Source: a virus. From it: 36,814 nt of DNA. Positions 1 through 7,905 of the stretch are shown here, piece by piece (the first letter of the stretch is position 1; the number at the start of each line of letters is the position of its first letter). A program made the position numbers and the translations under genes. The stretch covers positions 1 through 36,814 of IMG/VR virus record IMGVR_UViG_3300045988_041561; one strand, 5' to 3'. The notes beneath the pieces were generated by a model. It was given only the letters and a program-made list of their open reading frames with translations. It was not told where the DNA came from and did not search any database.

Positions 1-54
1 TTCATTTCTTCCACTTTGGTACGGTGCGATGTGGATACTGCCCGTTTCATTTCT
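1..54. repeat. Terminal direct repeat, copy 1 (identical to 36761..36814); circular-closure or terminal-redundancy overlap
   Basis: Bases 1-54 (ttcatttcttccactttggtacggtgcgatgtggatactgcccgtttcatttct) recur exactly as the last 54 bases of the window. Unit length is 36,760 bp. Confidence 0.95.
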
Positions 55-84
55 TACGTTGGGAAATGTTTCCCTTTGAACGTG

Positions 85-121
85 ATGCAAATATAATAGG
101 TTATTTTGAGACCACAAAGCG
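85..121 (-). promoter_or_regulatory. Early promoter (Bacteroidota type) firing across the circular junction toward the first early gene
   Basis: The minus strand reads TTTG (118..115), a 19-nt spacer, then TATATTTG (95..88). This is the -33 TTTG / -7 TAnnTTTG geometry known for Bacteroides promoters. The ATG at 36746 lies about 100 nt downstream once the circle is closed. Confidence 0.5.
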
Positions 122-220
122 TTTAACACTGATTAACTATGATTTAACTATGAATTTAGTACAAGTCTCAACAAATCAAGCGGTTAGCTATCTTCAATGT
201 ACTTCCCACTTATTAACAGT

Positions 221-241
221 TTAGAAACAGCTTAGAAACAG
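221..241. repeat. Short tandem repeat TTAGAAACAG x2 (11-bp period) in the early control region
   Basis: ttagaaacag occurs at 221-230 and 232-241, preceded by the related ttaacag at 213-219. The region is non-coding. Confidence 0.6.
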
Positions 242-454
242 AAAGTTTATATCTCAATAAATCAGCACTTTAAGCTATAAAACTGTACATATCAACTATA
301 ACTCTATGGAACTCGAAATGAAAAATGTTGGTAATATTTTATATAGGGCATACCCCCCTCTGTAGGGTCTGTAGAGAGGATAGGTATATTTTTATTATAA
401 ACAACATTTTAAAAATAAAGTATAGGGAAATGTACTTGCTATGTACAGTCTTAT

Positions 455-507
455 AGCCTAAAACATTGAGGGACAACAAACTACAATTTTAGCTTGCTGT
501 CCCTCAA
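455..507 (-). terminator. Intrinsic terminator closing the late operon
   Basis: The 10-bp stem ttgagggaca (466-475) pairs with tgtccctcaa (498-507). On the minus-strand RNA it is followed by UGUUUUAG. It lies directly after the last late gene, which ends at 531. Confidence 0.6.
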
Positions 508-530
508 CGAATTGTTACAAAAATTAACAT

Positions 531-1094
531 TTATTTAAACTTCACGGCTATATCAATAGCCATTTTTGTGCGCTTATTCTTGTTTGATATGTCGTAATCA
601 ACCGACTTAATGCCATACCTAAAGAACAAGAAACGTTTCTTTGTTATGGAGATTACCCCGGTAATAGTATCCGTACCGATATAGGAAAGTCTCGTACTAT
701 CGCTCGAAAGGTCGGCTACAATTCTATTCCACGGGTCGGTAAATTCTGCATGAAGCACACCCGCTATCGTGTCGGTACGTACCGTTTCGTGTATCTCCGT
801 TTTGGTTGTCACCTGCGACGCGGATAACGCATCTTTCAAACGGATGTTCAACGCTTTTAGGTCGTCCCGTAGTCCGCCGTTAATCTCTTTCAGTTCCTTT
901 AGGGATACTTCCAGGGCCTTTTTCTTAACGGCGTAATCGCCCAATTTGGTTATATACTCCTCCTGCTCGGAAGTCAACGCCGATATATTACGGTCTTGCT
1001 TCCGTATCTCGGCTCTTTGGTCTTGTATCTTGTCGTACCCCCACATTACTAATATAAGGAGCGCGCCGATAGTTATTAATAGGTATTTATTCAT
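531..1094 (-). CDS. Membrane-anchored coiled-coil protein, last gene of the lysis cassette (spanin-like candidate)
   Basis: 187 aa. It has an N-terminal TM helix (LLITIGALLILVMWGY), then a heptad-like charged region, then a beta-rich C-terminus. It overlaps the endolysin stop by 8 nt. There is no lipobox Cys. Confidence 0.4.
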   Translation of the reverse strand: MNKYLLITIGALLILVMWGYDKIQDQRAEIRKQDRNISALTSEQEEYITKLGDYAVKKKALEVSLKELKEINGGLRDDLKALNIRLKDALSASQVTTKTEIHETVRTDTIAGVLHAEFTDPWNRIVADLSSDSTRLSYIGTDTITGVISITKKRFLFFRYGIKSVDYDISNKNKRTKMAIDIAVKFK

Positions 1095-1602
1095 ACTTAA
1101 TCGCGTTAATACGGTTTAACCAGCCCTTTTTAAAACGGTTGTTTTCGGGGCGTTTCGCGCAAATCTCGTCAATGAACTTAACGCGGTCTGCCTTAATCAT
1201 TCTAAAGAGTTCTGCGGGGTCTTTGGCGTTTAGTGCGGCAATGGTCTTAGCGCCTACAATACCGTCCGCCGTGACGCCTAAAAGACGCTGGGGGCGTTTA
1301 ATTCCGTGCACACCCGAAGCCCAAACCCAATCTACCAGGATATTTGCTACTGCCTGGCTCTTTATGTCATCGGCTTTCCACCTATCCCAATAAAGACCCT
1401 TAAAAACCGCGTGCCAATCCTCGTCCGATATGTTTTTGAGGTCTTGAACCGTTGGGGCTTTCAGCCCTTTGCGCTTCTTGTACTCTGTAAACGTGCCAAT
1501 CGTTATACCCTTGTTTGTTGCTCCTCCTAAGTCGAGAGGGTCGTTTACAAACCCTCCCTCCCATTGGAGAATAAAAGGAACTAATTTACTGCTGTCCGCC
1601 AT
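1087..1602 (-). CDS. Endolysin: GH108 lysozyme-like domain plus PG_binding_3 domain
   Basis: N-terminal ILQWEGGFVNDPLDLGGATNKGIT carries the GH108 EGG catalytic motif. C-terminal LLGVTADGIVGAKTIAAL is a peptidoglycan-binding motif. Confidence 0.85.
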   Translation of the reverse strand: MADSSKLVPFILQWEGGFVNDPLDLGGATNKGITIGTFTEYKKRKGLKAPTVQDLKNISDEDWHAVFKGLYWDRWKADDIKSQAVANILVDWVWASGVHGIKRPQRLLGVTADGIVGAKTIAALNAKDPAELFRMIKADRVKFIDEICAKRPENNRFKKGWLNRINAIKYE

Positions 1603-2056
1603 CTTCTTTTGTTTTTGGTATTTCTAAATCGTCCTCTTTAATGCGTTTTTTGAGGTTCTTGTACTTGACGTTAGCAATCATATTCAAGAACTTCACGAAC
1701 TCATTTGAGGGCTGTATAATACGCAAATTTCGGGTTATGTTCCGCGCGTATATAATAGCAAATATACCTGTAAGTGCCTTGATAACTATCGAATAGTCTA
1801 CCGTAGGTTCTAACATGGTACATGTCAAAGCAACAAAGAAAAGTATAGCACTTGTGAGCGCCATTTCCTTAACTGCTTTCATAGTTTTCTTGTGCGAATA
1901 CTTTTCGCCCCTGACTGCATCCGCTCGGTATCCTGCTAACCAGTTTAAAATGCTCAAAAGGATGACCAACATAATGAAGTCGCCTACATTAGAAATCGCT
2001 GTGGAAACGGTCGCAGCAAAGAAAATTCTAAAGTAGGTTTCGAGATGTTCTAACAT
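1586..2056 (-). CDS. Holin (phage_holin_4_1-like), 3-4 TM segments
   Basis: NWLAGYRADAVRGEKYSHKKTMKAVKEM resembles the DxxTG...SSKK...KK core of that holin family. Several hydrophobic helices and a charged C-tail are present. I chose the ATG at 2056, which forms a TAATG overlap with the upstream stop; the ORF track offers a longer start at 2125. Confidence 0.6.
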   Translation of the reverse strand: MLEHLETYFRIFFAATVSTAISNVGDFIMLVILLSILNWLAGYRADAVRGEKYSHKKTMKAVKEMALTSAILFFVALTCTMLEPTVDYSIVIKALTGIFAIIYARNITRNLRIIQPSNEFVKFLNMIANVKYKNLKKRIKEDDLEIPKTKEDGGQQ

Positions 2057-2487
2057 TACTTGATTAGAGAGATACGAGTGTTGCGTACTTTCGGGCACGC
2101 TAACAAACCGTCCTGCCTCAACCATGCTATAAAGCCCTCACAAAAGAGGTCGGCTATTGCCCGTTCCGCTTCCGCCCTCTTAAATTTGCTCGTGTCCGGC
2201 AATACAACAGACCCGCCGTAAGTTTGTAATTTCAGACCAGTAGATGTACTGCTTTGGTCTGCTGTCTGCAAATAACGTGCAAACGCGTAATAACAGAGGA
2301 TTTTTTCGCCCCCCACGGCGTCCTCCGTACCGTTCTTGTACTCGGTAGGTAATAACTCGTAACCCATACCGATTTGCGGTTTGAGGTCTAACATATCCGC
2401 TTCAAAAAACGCCGTTTCCAGGGCGTTATCTTTCACGTCTACGGCAATCTCAAACAACGTTCGTAATTTTTCTATTGGATAAGCCAT
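2056..2487 (-). CDS. Hypothetical virion-module protein (143 aa)
   Basis: Long ORF tightly packed between the neighbouring genes. I recognise no motif. Confidence 0.7.
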   Translation of the reverse strand: MAYPIEKLRTLFEIAVDVKDNALETAFFEADMLDLKPQIGMGYELLPTEYKNGTEDAVGGEKILCYYAFARYLQTADQSSTSTGLKLQTYGGSVVLPDTSKFKRAEAERAIADLFCEGFIAWLRQDGLLACPKVRNTRISLIK

Positions 2488-2699
2488 TATGTAAGGTATT
2501 TAATTAAAAAATATCTAATCACGCCGCCAACGCACGCCGCCGACACGCCGATAATTAAATCTGTTTTGTTCCACTTCCCGCCGTAGTAGTGTACTCGGTC
2601 GCTATCTTCTTTGATAGCAAGTAGTATAACAGCTACGGACGGGTTTAAAGCAATAGCGGCGGCCAAATAGACCACCGCACCTAAAAGGTTGTTTTTCAT
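2487..2699 (-). CDS. Small two-TM membrane protein (alternative holin/antiholin candidate)
   Basis: 70 aa. Two hydrophobic helices (LLGAVVYLAAAIALNPSVAVILLAI and LIIGVSAACVGGVIRYFLI) are separated by a charged loop. Start and stop overlap the neighbouring genes. Confidence 0.6.
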   Translation of the reverse strand: MKNNLLGAVVYLAAAIALNPSVAVILLAIKEDSDRVHYYGGKWNKTDLIIGVSAACVGGVIRYFLIKYLT

Positions 2700-3838
2700 T
2701 CACTTATAACTTTTGGTTGTTCTTCGTCAAGCTCGTTTCTAATCTCCGTTGTCGTCGGGTCGAGTTCAAATATTTGGTATAACTCGCGTTCAATACGCTG
2801 TCTAATCTTGGAAAGCGACCTACGGTACACCTTTTGCAGCTCCTTAATAACTTCACCGGAAGAATTGGAGAACGCAATAAGCGAACTATCAATTAACGGC
2901 ATTGGTATGTTATACGCGGCGATACAAATATCTTTCCTCAATGGTTCGACGTATGCCCGGTACAGCTCCCTATCTATGGGGCTGCCTAATTGGTCTACCT
3001 TGATAAACGGTTTGTCCGACATATTCTCGTCTCGCACTGTAAGAACCGCCCCGGCGTTCTCGCTGCCCATCATCTCGGACAAGGTATCGCGAAACTCGTC
3101 TTGTGCCTGCTCGCTTTCAAAGTCACCATGCGACACGATACTACACATGTGGAAACCACGACCCAGCGTTCGGTTAACGTACTTACCGTTTTTGTCCTCT
3201 GCGCCCATTTCATTACGTACTGCATGGAACTGCGAAAGCGGATACGGGCGGGTTGTCGAAAGGTTCACATACAGAAGTTGTCCCCTGTGGTTCTCAATAC
3301 CGCCAACCTCGTTAATCTCGTCCGCAATGGTTGCGGGGTTGTAAGTATTGTAAATCGTTGAGTTCTTCTTTACCTGCGTAGCCTTTGTGCTCTGCCTATC
3401 CCAATTGTTAAAGACAATCCAACGTTTTACGCTGGGGTCTTGTAGGTAGTTGTCGTTAATCTCGGCGCGCACATACTCAAATGGTACGTTATAAATGGCG
3501 GCGGGCTTGTAGCCCTCTAAAGTAACTTTGTATTGGACTATCCACGCCCAACCATTAAAGCGGGCAACGTCTTTTGCTGTCTGCTCTAACACGTCGTCCA
3601 TGTTATAACCGTTGCCGTTCGTCAATGCTGCAAAGTCCCGGTTCTTGAAACCCTCGCAAATTATGTTTTCGCTCATCTTTTCAACCGCGGCGCTCGCCGT
3701 TTTAGATGCGTAGATTAGTTCAGCCAAATTTTGAGGGTACAAGTTTCCCTCGCCATAGTTCAGAACCTTATCGCCCGTATTGGCGGACAACTTTAACGCC
3801 TTTTCAACAAGAAGCGAAATACGTTTGTACCCTATCAT
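2696..3838 (-). CDS. Portal protein (HK97-type Phage_portal family)
   Basis: 380 aa. The segment EQAQDEFRDTLSEMMGSENAGAVLTV...VDQLGSP...DRELYRAYVEPLRKDICIAAYNIPMPLI follows the portal pattern (..w...yaG.enagk..vl..g....l... / eIa.aFgvPp.ll). Confidence 0.7.
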   Translation of the reverse strand: MIGYKRISLLVEKALKLSANTGDKVLNYGEGNLYPQNLAELIYASKTASAAVEKMSENIICEGFKNRDFAALTNGNGYNMDDVLEQTAKDVARFNGWAWIVQYKVTLEGYKPAAIYNVPFEYVRAEINDNYLQDPSVKRWIVFNNWDRQSTKATQVKKNSTIYNTYNPATIADEINEVGGIENHRGQLLYVNLSTTRPYPLSQFHAVRNEMGAEDKNGKYVNRTLGRGFHMCSIVSHGDFESEQAQDEFRDTLSEMMGSENAGAVLTVRDENMSDKPFIKVDQLGSPIDRELYRAYVEPLRKDICIAAYNIPMPLIDSSLIAFSNSSGEVIKELQKVYRRSLSKIRQRIERELYQIFELDPTTTEIRNELDEEQPKVISE

Positions 3839-3839
3839 A

Positions 3840-4184
3840 TTATTTTTCCTCTTTTAAATCAATGAATAATTCTTTGTAAGCGGGATTTTCTTTCATAAGG
3901 CGTTCCGCCGTGGCGTCGTCTATGTTAGAACCCTTGTATATCTTCCCGTCTGCGTAGTGTGTGATACGTGCACCAGGTTTGAAAATCCAACGGGTGTGTA
4001 CCCCGGAAAGATATTTCTTTTCATACCACAAAGTTGCGAACTCTTTATCGAAATGGCAACTCTTATCAAGTTTTAGACCTGTCATTTTCTCGTATAAGTC
4101 CATCTTTTCGTACACCGATAGTTCGGGAACAGAAACGGCTACCTTTTCAGTAGCCGCATTTTTAGTTGTTTTTGCTTTTGCCAT
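3840..4184 (-). CDS. Hypothetical protein (114 aa)
   Basis: Tightly packed ORF between the paralogue triplet and the portal gene. No motif recognised. Confidence 0.7.
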   Translation of the reverse strand: MAKAKTTKNAATEKVAVSVPELSVYEKMDLYEKMTGLKLDKSCHFDKEFATLWYEKKYLSGVHTRWIFKPGARITHYADGKIYKGSNIDDATAERLMKENPAYKELFIDLKEEK

Positions 4185-4708
4185 TATTCCGCGGGTGTTT
4201 TAAGTGCTTCATACTGTGCTTTCGGCAACGCATAGAACGTTGTGCCCGTCTGCCATTCATCTACGCCCCACGTTACCAAACTTGACGGTGAAGCGTTACT
4301 CGTTGCCTCCACTGATAGAGCGGACAAGGGTGCGCCCAACCCTACTATGTAGTGGTTCTGCCCCGCCTTGAACGCGATAACCGCGTTAGACGCAATCATA
4401 TCGGCAACACCGCCCTCTGTACTTACTATCGCGGTTTGCGGGATTTGAGCCGCTATGCTAATATCATGCGCCAGCGGGTACGTCTCGCCGCCCTTAGTTG
4501 CAAACGTTGCTACAATCGCACCGTTTGCGCCCTGTACGGTGTACCCTTGTTTGGTCGGTTGCATCACAACGGCTATAGCGCCGTTGGATGTAAAACTTTT
4601 AATGTCGTCCGGGTTTACGACTATCATTTCCGTAATTTCGCCGAAAGCGTCCGAAGCCTTTCCGCACTCATATACGTAACTTTTTGCTATCTTTTGTAAA
4701 CAAGCCAT
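4184..4708 (-). CDS. Structural paralogue 3 of 3 (about 175 aa), function unknown (tail-tube or capsid-accessory candidate)
   Basis: Starts MACLQKIAKSYVYECGKA...VVNPDDIKSFTSNG. It shares the N-terminal pattern M-x-C-[IL]-x-K-...-[FY]-[DE]-C-...-G-...-[ED]D[IV]-[KS]-S[FY] with 4737..5258 and 5283..5795. ATG at 4708 preferred over the TTG at 4714. Confidence 0.75.
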   Translation of the reverse strand: MACLQKIAKSYVYECGKASDAFGEITEMIVVNPDDIKSFTSNGAIAVVMQPTKQGYTVQGANGAIVATFATKGGETYPLAHDISIAAQIPQTAIVSTEGGVADMIASNAVIAFKAGQNHYIVGLGAPLSALSVEATSNASPSSLVTWGVDEWQTGTTFYALPKAQYEALKTPAE

Positions 4709-4736
4709 ATTCAAATGTTTTAATTCGTTAATACTA

Positions 4737-5258
4737 TCATCCTACTGCCGTATTGTACAATGTTTCGTAGGCTGCGGCTGCCATGTGGAGACTATCTTCG
4801 CCTATCACACCCTCCGGCGTTGACATTGTGAATTGAGACCAACCGCCGTTATCATGAGAACTTTCCGCAGAGGCAGAAGCCTTTAGACCATAGTACAACC
4901 CATAGACCCGTATTTGACCGTCATTTCCGCGTGCCACCAGCACGATAGACGCATTTCGGATAGCGTTCTGTACTTCTCGGTTGCCCTTAGAAAATATGTT
5001 AATAACCGCTTCATGTGAGAACCCGTTCGGCGCGCTCTCATTCACGCGTAGAGTTTCCGAAACGACCAACGACCGTTTAACGGTGTCAATCTTGTAAGCC
5101 GAAGAGCCACCCACCATTGCTATTGTAGCTTGGTTTGAGCCATCTACGGAGAAACTCGAGATGTCCTCGCGGTTCATGAACAAAGCGTCTTTAAAACCCA
5201 TCGTTCCGCTATCGCAATCGAACGCTAAAGCGCTCGCTAATTTCTTAATACATGCCAT
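4737..5258 (-). CDS. Structural paralogue 2 of 3
   Basis: Starts MACIKKLASALAFDCDSGTMGFKDALFMNREDISSFSVDG. Same pattern and similar length to its neighbours. Confidence 0.75.
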   Translation of the reverse strand: MACIKKLASALAFDCDSGTMGFKDALFMNREDISSFSVDGSNQATIAMVGGSSAYKIDTVKRSLVVSETLRVNESAPNGFSHEAVINIFSKGNREVQNAIRNASIVLVARGNDGQIRVYGLYYGLKASASAESSHDNGGWSQFTMSTPEGVIGEDSLHMAAAAYETLYNTAVG

Positions 5259-5282
5259 ATATTTTCCTTTCCTTTAAATTCG

Positions 5283-5795
5283 TTATGCTAATGGCGAACC
5301 GTCGTGAATAGCCGCCGAAAAATTCCCGTCCTCGGTTGTAAGTGTGTACATAGTCGAGTTACCGTTCGCGTTTGCATCGCGTTCAAGTCCTTTTAGAACC
5401 AACGGGTTCTGAATACCCAAACATGAACACTTACCAACTTCGTTAAACACCACGAATACAACAAACTTACGGTTAGCAAGTGTCTGCCCGAATGAGTTGC
5501 CCGTGAAGTCAACGTTGGCGGGTTTACGGAATGTAACCGTAGGTTTGATAAAGTTAGCGTAGTCGCCCTCAACAAGTTCTTCCGTATATGTAATGTTCTG
5601 TTTGAAACCCTCTACTTTGTTGCTAACGCCGTCCGGTATGAGTTCAAACGCCGTGATAGACAACCCGTCCGGGCTTATCGTGTAACTCTTCACGTCTTCC
5701 GCGTCAATGATATAAATATCCTTAACACCATGTACGGGCAGGTTGCAATCATAGGCAACCGCCAAAGAATTTTTATTTAAACAAGTCTTTCCCAT
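5283..5795 (-). CDS. Structural paralogue 1 of 3
   Basis: Starts MGKTCLNKNSLAVAYDCNLPVHGVKDIYIIDAEDVKSYTISPDG. I chose the ATG at 5795 because the 17-codon extension to 5846 would run through the capsid-gene terminator hairpin. Confidence 0.75.
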   Translation of the reverse strand: MGKTCLNKNSLAVAYDCNLPVHGVKDIYIIDAEDVKSYTISPDGLSITAFELIPDGVSNKVEGFKQNITYTEELVEGDYANFIKPTVTFRKPANVDFTGNSFGQTLANRKFVVFVVFNEVGKCSCLGIQNPLVLKGLERDANANGNSTMYTLTTEDGNFSAAIHDGSPLA

Positions 5796-5810
5796 ATTGT
5801 TTTTGTAAAA

Positions 5811-5851
5811 TGAAAAAGGGCAGATAGGGTAAACAACCCTACCCACCCTTT
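5811..5851 (-). terminator. Intrinsic terminator/attenuator directly after the major capsid gene
   Basis: The minus-strand RNA reads AAAGGGUGGGUAGGGUUGUUUACCCUAUCUGCCCUUUUUCAUUUU. The stem is bipartite (AAAGGG/CCCUUU and UAGGGU/ACCCUA) and is followed by a U-run. Confidence 0.65.
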
Positions 5852-5873
5852 CGATTAATAATTAGTTTTGCCG

Positions 5874-6818
5874 TTATGCAGAAGCGTGCAACCACAGTTG
5901 CATAAATTCAGGAGCAACAAGCATTGCATCGGCTGCAAATACTGTGTTAGAGTAGTAGTTACGGCTCTTCGCGTCCTGGATGAACGGTGCGATAGACGGT
6001 GCAGAACTTTCCAAAGCGATTTGAATATTACCCTTAGGAGTAAATGCGATAAACGCATCATTCTTACCGTCAACCTTTGCTGCGTTAGACACGTGGCGAA
6101 GTTCGTTAATCTTGTAGCCCTCGAAGTAATACTCGGGTTTACCGTCAACCAACGTAACGAACGCCATATCGTTTGTTTTGTCCTGCAAGAGGTTCTTATA
6201 CAAACGCATAACGTTAGATGTTACGAAGAACTCCGAACCGTCCAACTGGTCGGGGCGCTGTCCGTCAACACATGCACGCAATGCAGTAAGCACACCCTTG
6301 GTGTCAAGCGTCAAAGCGCCTTGTTCTTCCGCACTTGCCTGGTGTTGTTTGAGGATACCGCCGTTCTTGAAGATACCGTAACCCGTCTTTTCGTCCTTAA
6401 TATCGCCGTCCAACCATGCCAAACGAAGCAAGTCGGCTTCCAGCACTTTCAGAACTTCTGCTTGGATGAAACCAGCAAGTTCAGTTTCTGAAAAGTCGTC
6501 GTCCAGGTTAATTCCCTTTGCTACCATTTTGCCCCAAAGGCTTTGCAAACAGATTTCCAAAGGCAGTTCTATAGGTGCGTGGTTATAGTATTTAACCTTG
6601 TCTGCAATCTTGTCATAATATGTAGTTTCGCCACAGCCCGCAGAAAGTTTCAGAGCCTTATCCGAAGCGGTGAGCGATACAACGGGGGTATTGTTAGCGA
6701 TACCGTTCATAACGGTGATGCCCTTTGAAATCTCACCCGCCAAACCTACGGTTAATGTGATAACTTCGTTCAAACCCGAAAGGTTCAGTTTGTTCATGTC
6801 GGTAAATGTCATTGCCAT
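5874..6818 (-). CDS. Major capsid protein (HK97-fold candidate)
   Basis: 314 aa. It follows the prohead protease/scaffold gene and is followed by a terminator. Size and position are typical of a major capsid protein. The call rests on position, not on a diagnostic motif. Confidence 0.65.
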   Translation of the reverse strand: MAMTFTDMNKLNLSGLNEVITLTVGLAGEISKGITVMNGIANNTPVVSLTASDKALKLSAGCGETTYYDKIADKVKYYNHAPIELPLEICLQSLWGKMVAKGINLDDDFSETELAGFIQAEVLKVLEADLLRLAWLDGDIKDEKTGYGIFKNGGILKQHQASAEEQGALTLDTKGVLTALRACVDGQRPDQLDGSEFFVTSNVMRLYKNLLQDKTNDMAFVTLVDGKPEYYFEGYKINELRHVSNAAKVDGKNDAFIAFTPKGNIQIALESSAPSIAPFIQDAKSRNYYSNTVFAADAMLVAPEFMQLWLHASA

Positions 6819-6849
6819 AATTTTTTCTTTTTTTTTGAATTGTTTCTTA

Positions 6850-7833
6850 TTAGAGGTATTTTTTTGCGGCTGCGTTTACCGCTTCTTTGCTTAGCTTGGT
6901 TTCATTCTTTTTAGGAATGCCCGGTGTAGCTGTTATGGGTTGCTTCGTTGCTTTGCTGAACTTCGCTACCATGTCATTAATAGCTGCGGTCTGCGCGGCA
7001 AGTGCGGTTTCGAGTGCGTCAAGTCGTTGGCTGAACTCTTCGGGGACTGCTGCGGTTGTTTCCTCTACAATGTCCTCAACTTTCTTTTCTTCTTCGGGTT
7101 CAACGGGTTTAACTTCCTTAATCGCGCCACCCTCAACAACGAGAATTGCTTCGCCATCCTCGGTAACGATAATTACTTCGCCGTCCGGTACTGCGTTACC
7201 CTCACTATCAAAAACCTTGTCTCCGATAGCCATTTCTTCACCAGCCGCTTCAATCGTGATTTCCCCACCCTCGCGAGTTTTAACGACTTCCGTAGCAAGT
7301 TTCGTAGCTTCTGCGGGTTTAAACATTTCCGCGAATGCGCTAAAAAATTTGTTCATTTTCTTTTCTTTTTGGTTAGTATTAAATAGACTTGATGTTGCGG
7401 CGGGCATCCCTACCAAATCACAAGAATATAACTCCGTGAATCGTGGTATGTCAAACCGATTGTTTTCTGTGTTTTCTACAAGTTCGTTTGCACCCATGAT
7501 TGAAACGCCTAACATAGCGGTTTCCTTTTCAATCATTGTTTTAATAAACTTCGCCTCCTGCGGATATGCAACCTCTAAAGCGGTTGACATTTCAAAATCT
7601 GCATAAGCTACGCCGTTTTCATAAACGAAATTTGAAAAGCTGCCTATATAACCGTCCAGCATATCATCGCCGTTATGCGTTCGGCGGCAGTGTATAGGCT
7701 TCATGTTGCCCAATGTTACAACACTCTGTACAGCCTCTTCGGTTATGTAGAGCGGCAAGTAACTGCCGTCCCCTTTCGGTGCGCTGTTTGCGGTTAAACC
7801 CGCTTCGATAATTCGTAATTTTTTAAATTTCAT
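6850..7833 (-). CDS. Prohead serine protease (HK97/S78 type) fused to a scaffold-like C-terminal domain
   Basis: CRRTHNGDDMLDGYIG (catalytic His region), LGVSIMG (Ser region) and ELYSCDLVGMPA (..evSlV..PA) fit the S78 pattern. The C-terminal 170 aa are E/A/K-rich and carry the G..I.IE..G / DGEVIIVTEDGEAILVVEGGAI repeats seen in scaffolding proteins. Confidence 0.7.
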   Translation of the reverse strand: MKFKKLRIIEAGLTANSAPKGDGSYLPLYITEEAVQSVVTLGNMKPIHCRRTHNGDDMLDGYIGSFSNFVYENGVAYADFEMSTALEVAYPQEAKFIKTMIEKETAMLGVSIMGANELVENTENNRFDIPRFTELYSCDLVGMPAATSSLFNTNQKEKKMNKFFSAFAEMFKPAEATKLATEVVKTREGGEITIEAAGEEMAIGDKVFDSEGNAVPDGEVIIVTEDGEAILVVEGGAIKEVKPVEPEEEKKVEDIVEETTAAVPEEFSQRLDALETALAAQTAAINDMVAKFSKATKQPITATPGIPKKNETKLSKEAVNAAAKKYL

Positions 7834-7858
7834 AAGTTTGTTTTTGTTGTAACACGTG

Positions 7859-7866
7859 CAAAGATA
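7859..7866 (-). promoter_or_regulatory. -7 box (TATCTTTG) of a late promoter ahead of the protease/capsid genes
   Basis: The minus strand reads TATCTTTGCACGTG, 26 nt upstream of the ATG at 7833. A small hairpin (caatact/agtattg, 7869-7885) lies just upstream. Confidence 0.5.
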
Positions 7867-7905
7867 GACAATACTTATAGTATTGCCACCTTTGCACGAG
7901 TTGAT

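Noticed and set aside
24-224. The only sizeable plus-strand ORFs outside genes: 24-224 (GTG start) in the early control region, and 19268-19459, 19369-19572 and 19587-19838 in or next to the late control region.
   Set aside because: They have non-ATG or context-less starts and Cys/His/Trp/Phe-rich improbable peptides. They overlap promoter and terminator elements, and no plus-strand TAnnTTTG box lies upstream.
351-366. An inverted pair of TACCCCCC(C)TCT motifs: 351-366 on the plus strand and 19456-19470 on the minus strand, one in each control region. I considered these as possible recombination or inversion sites or a shared operator.
   Set aside because: The exact shared core is only about 12-14 nt with an indel in the homopolymer. 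In a 36.8-kb sequence scanned on both strands, matches of this length are expected by chance. There is no flanking similarity and no recombinase gene. I kept it only as a note within the control-region findings.
5796-5846. The N-terminal extensions offered by the ORF track (5283-5846, 1586-2125, 31712-31957, 25545-25757, 20899-21138, 36468-36752, 4184-4714).
   Set aside because: The extensions start at GTG or TTG, or run through terminator, promoter or leader elements. The internal ATGs sit behind the conserved ATTATG leader or form stop/start overlaps.
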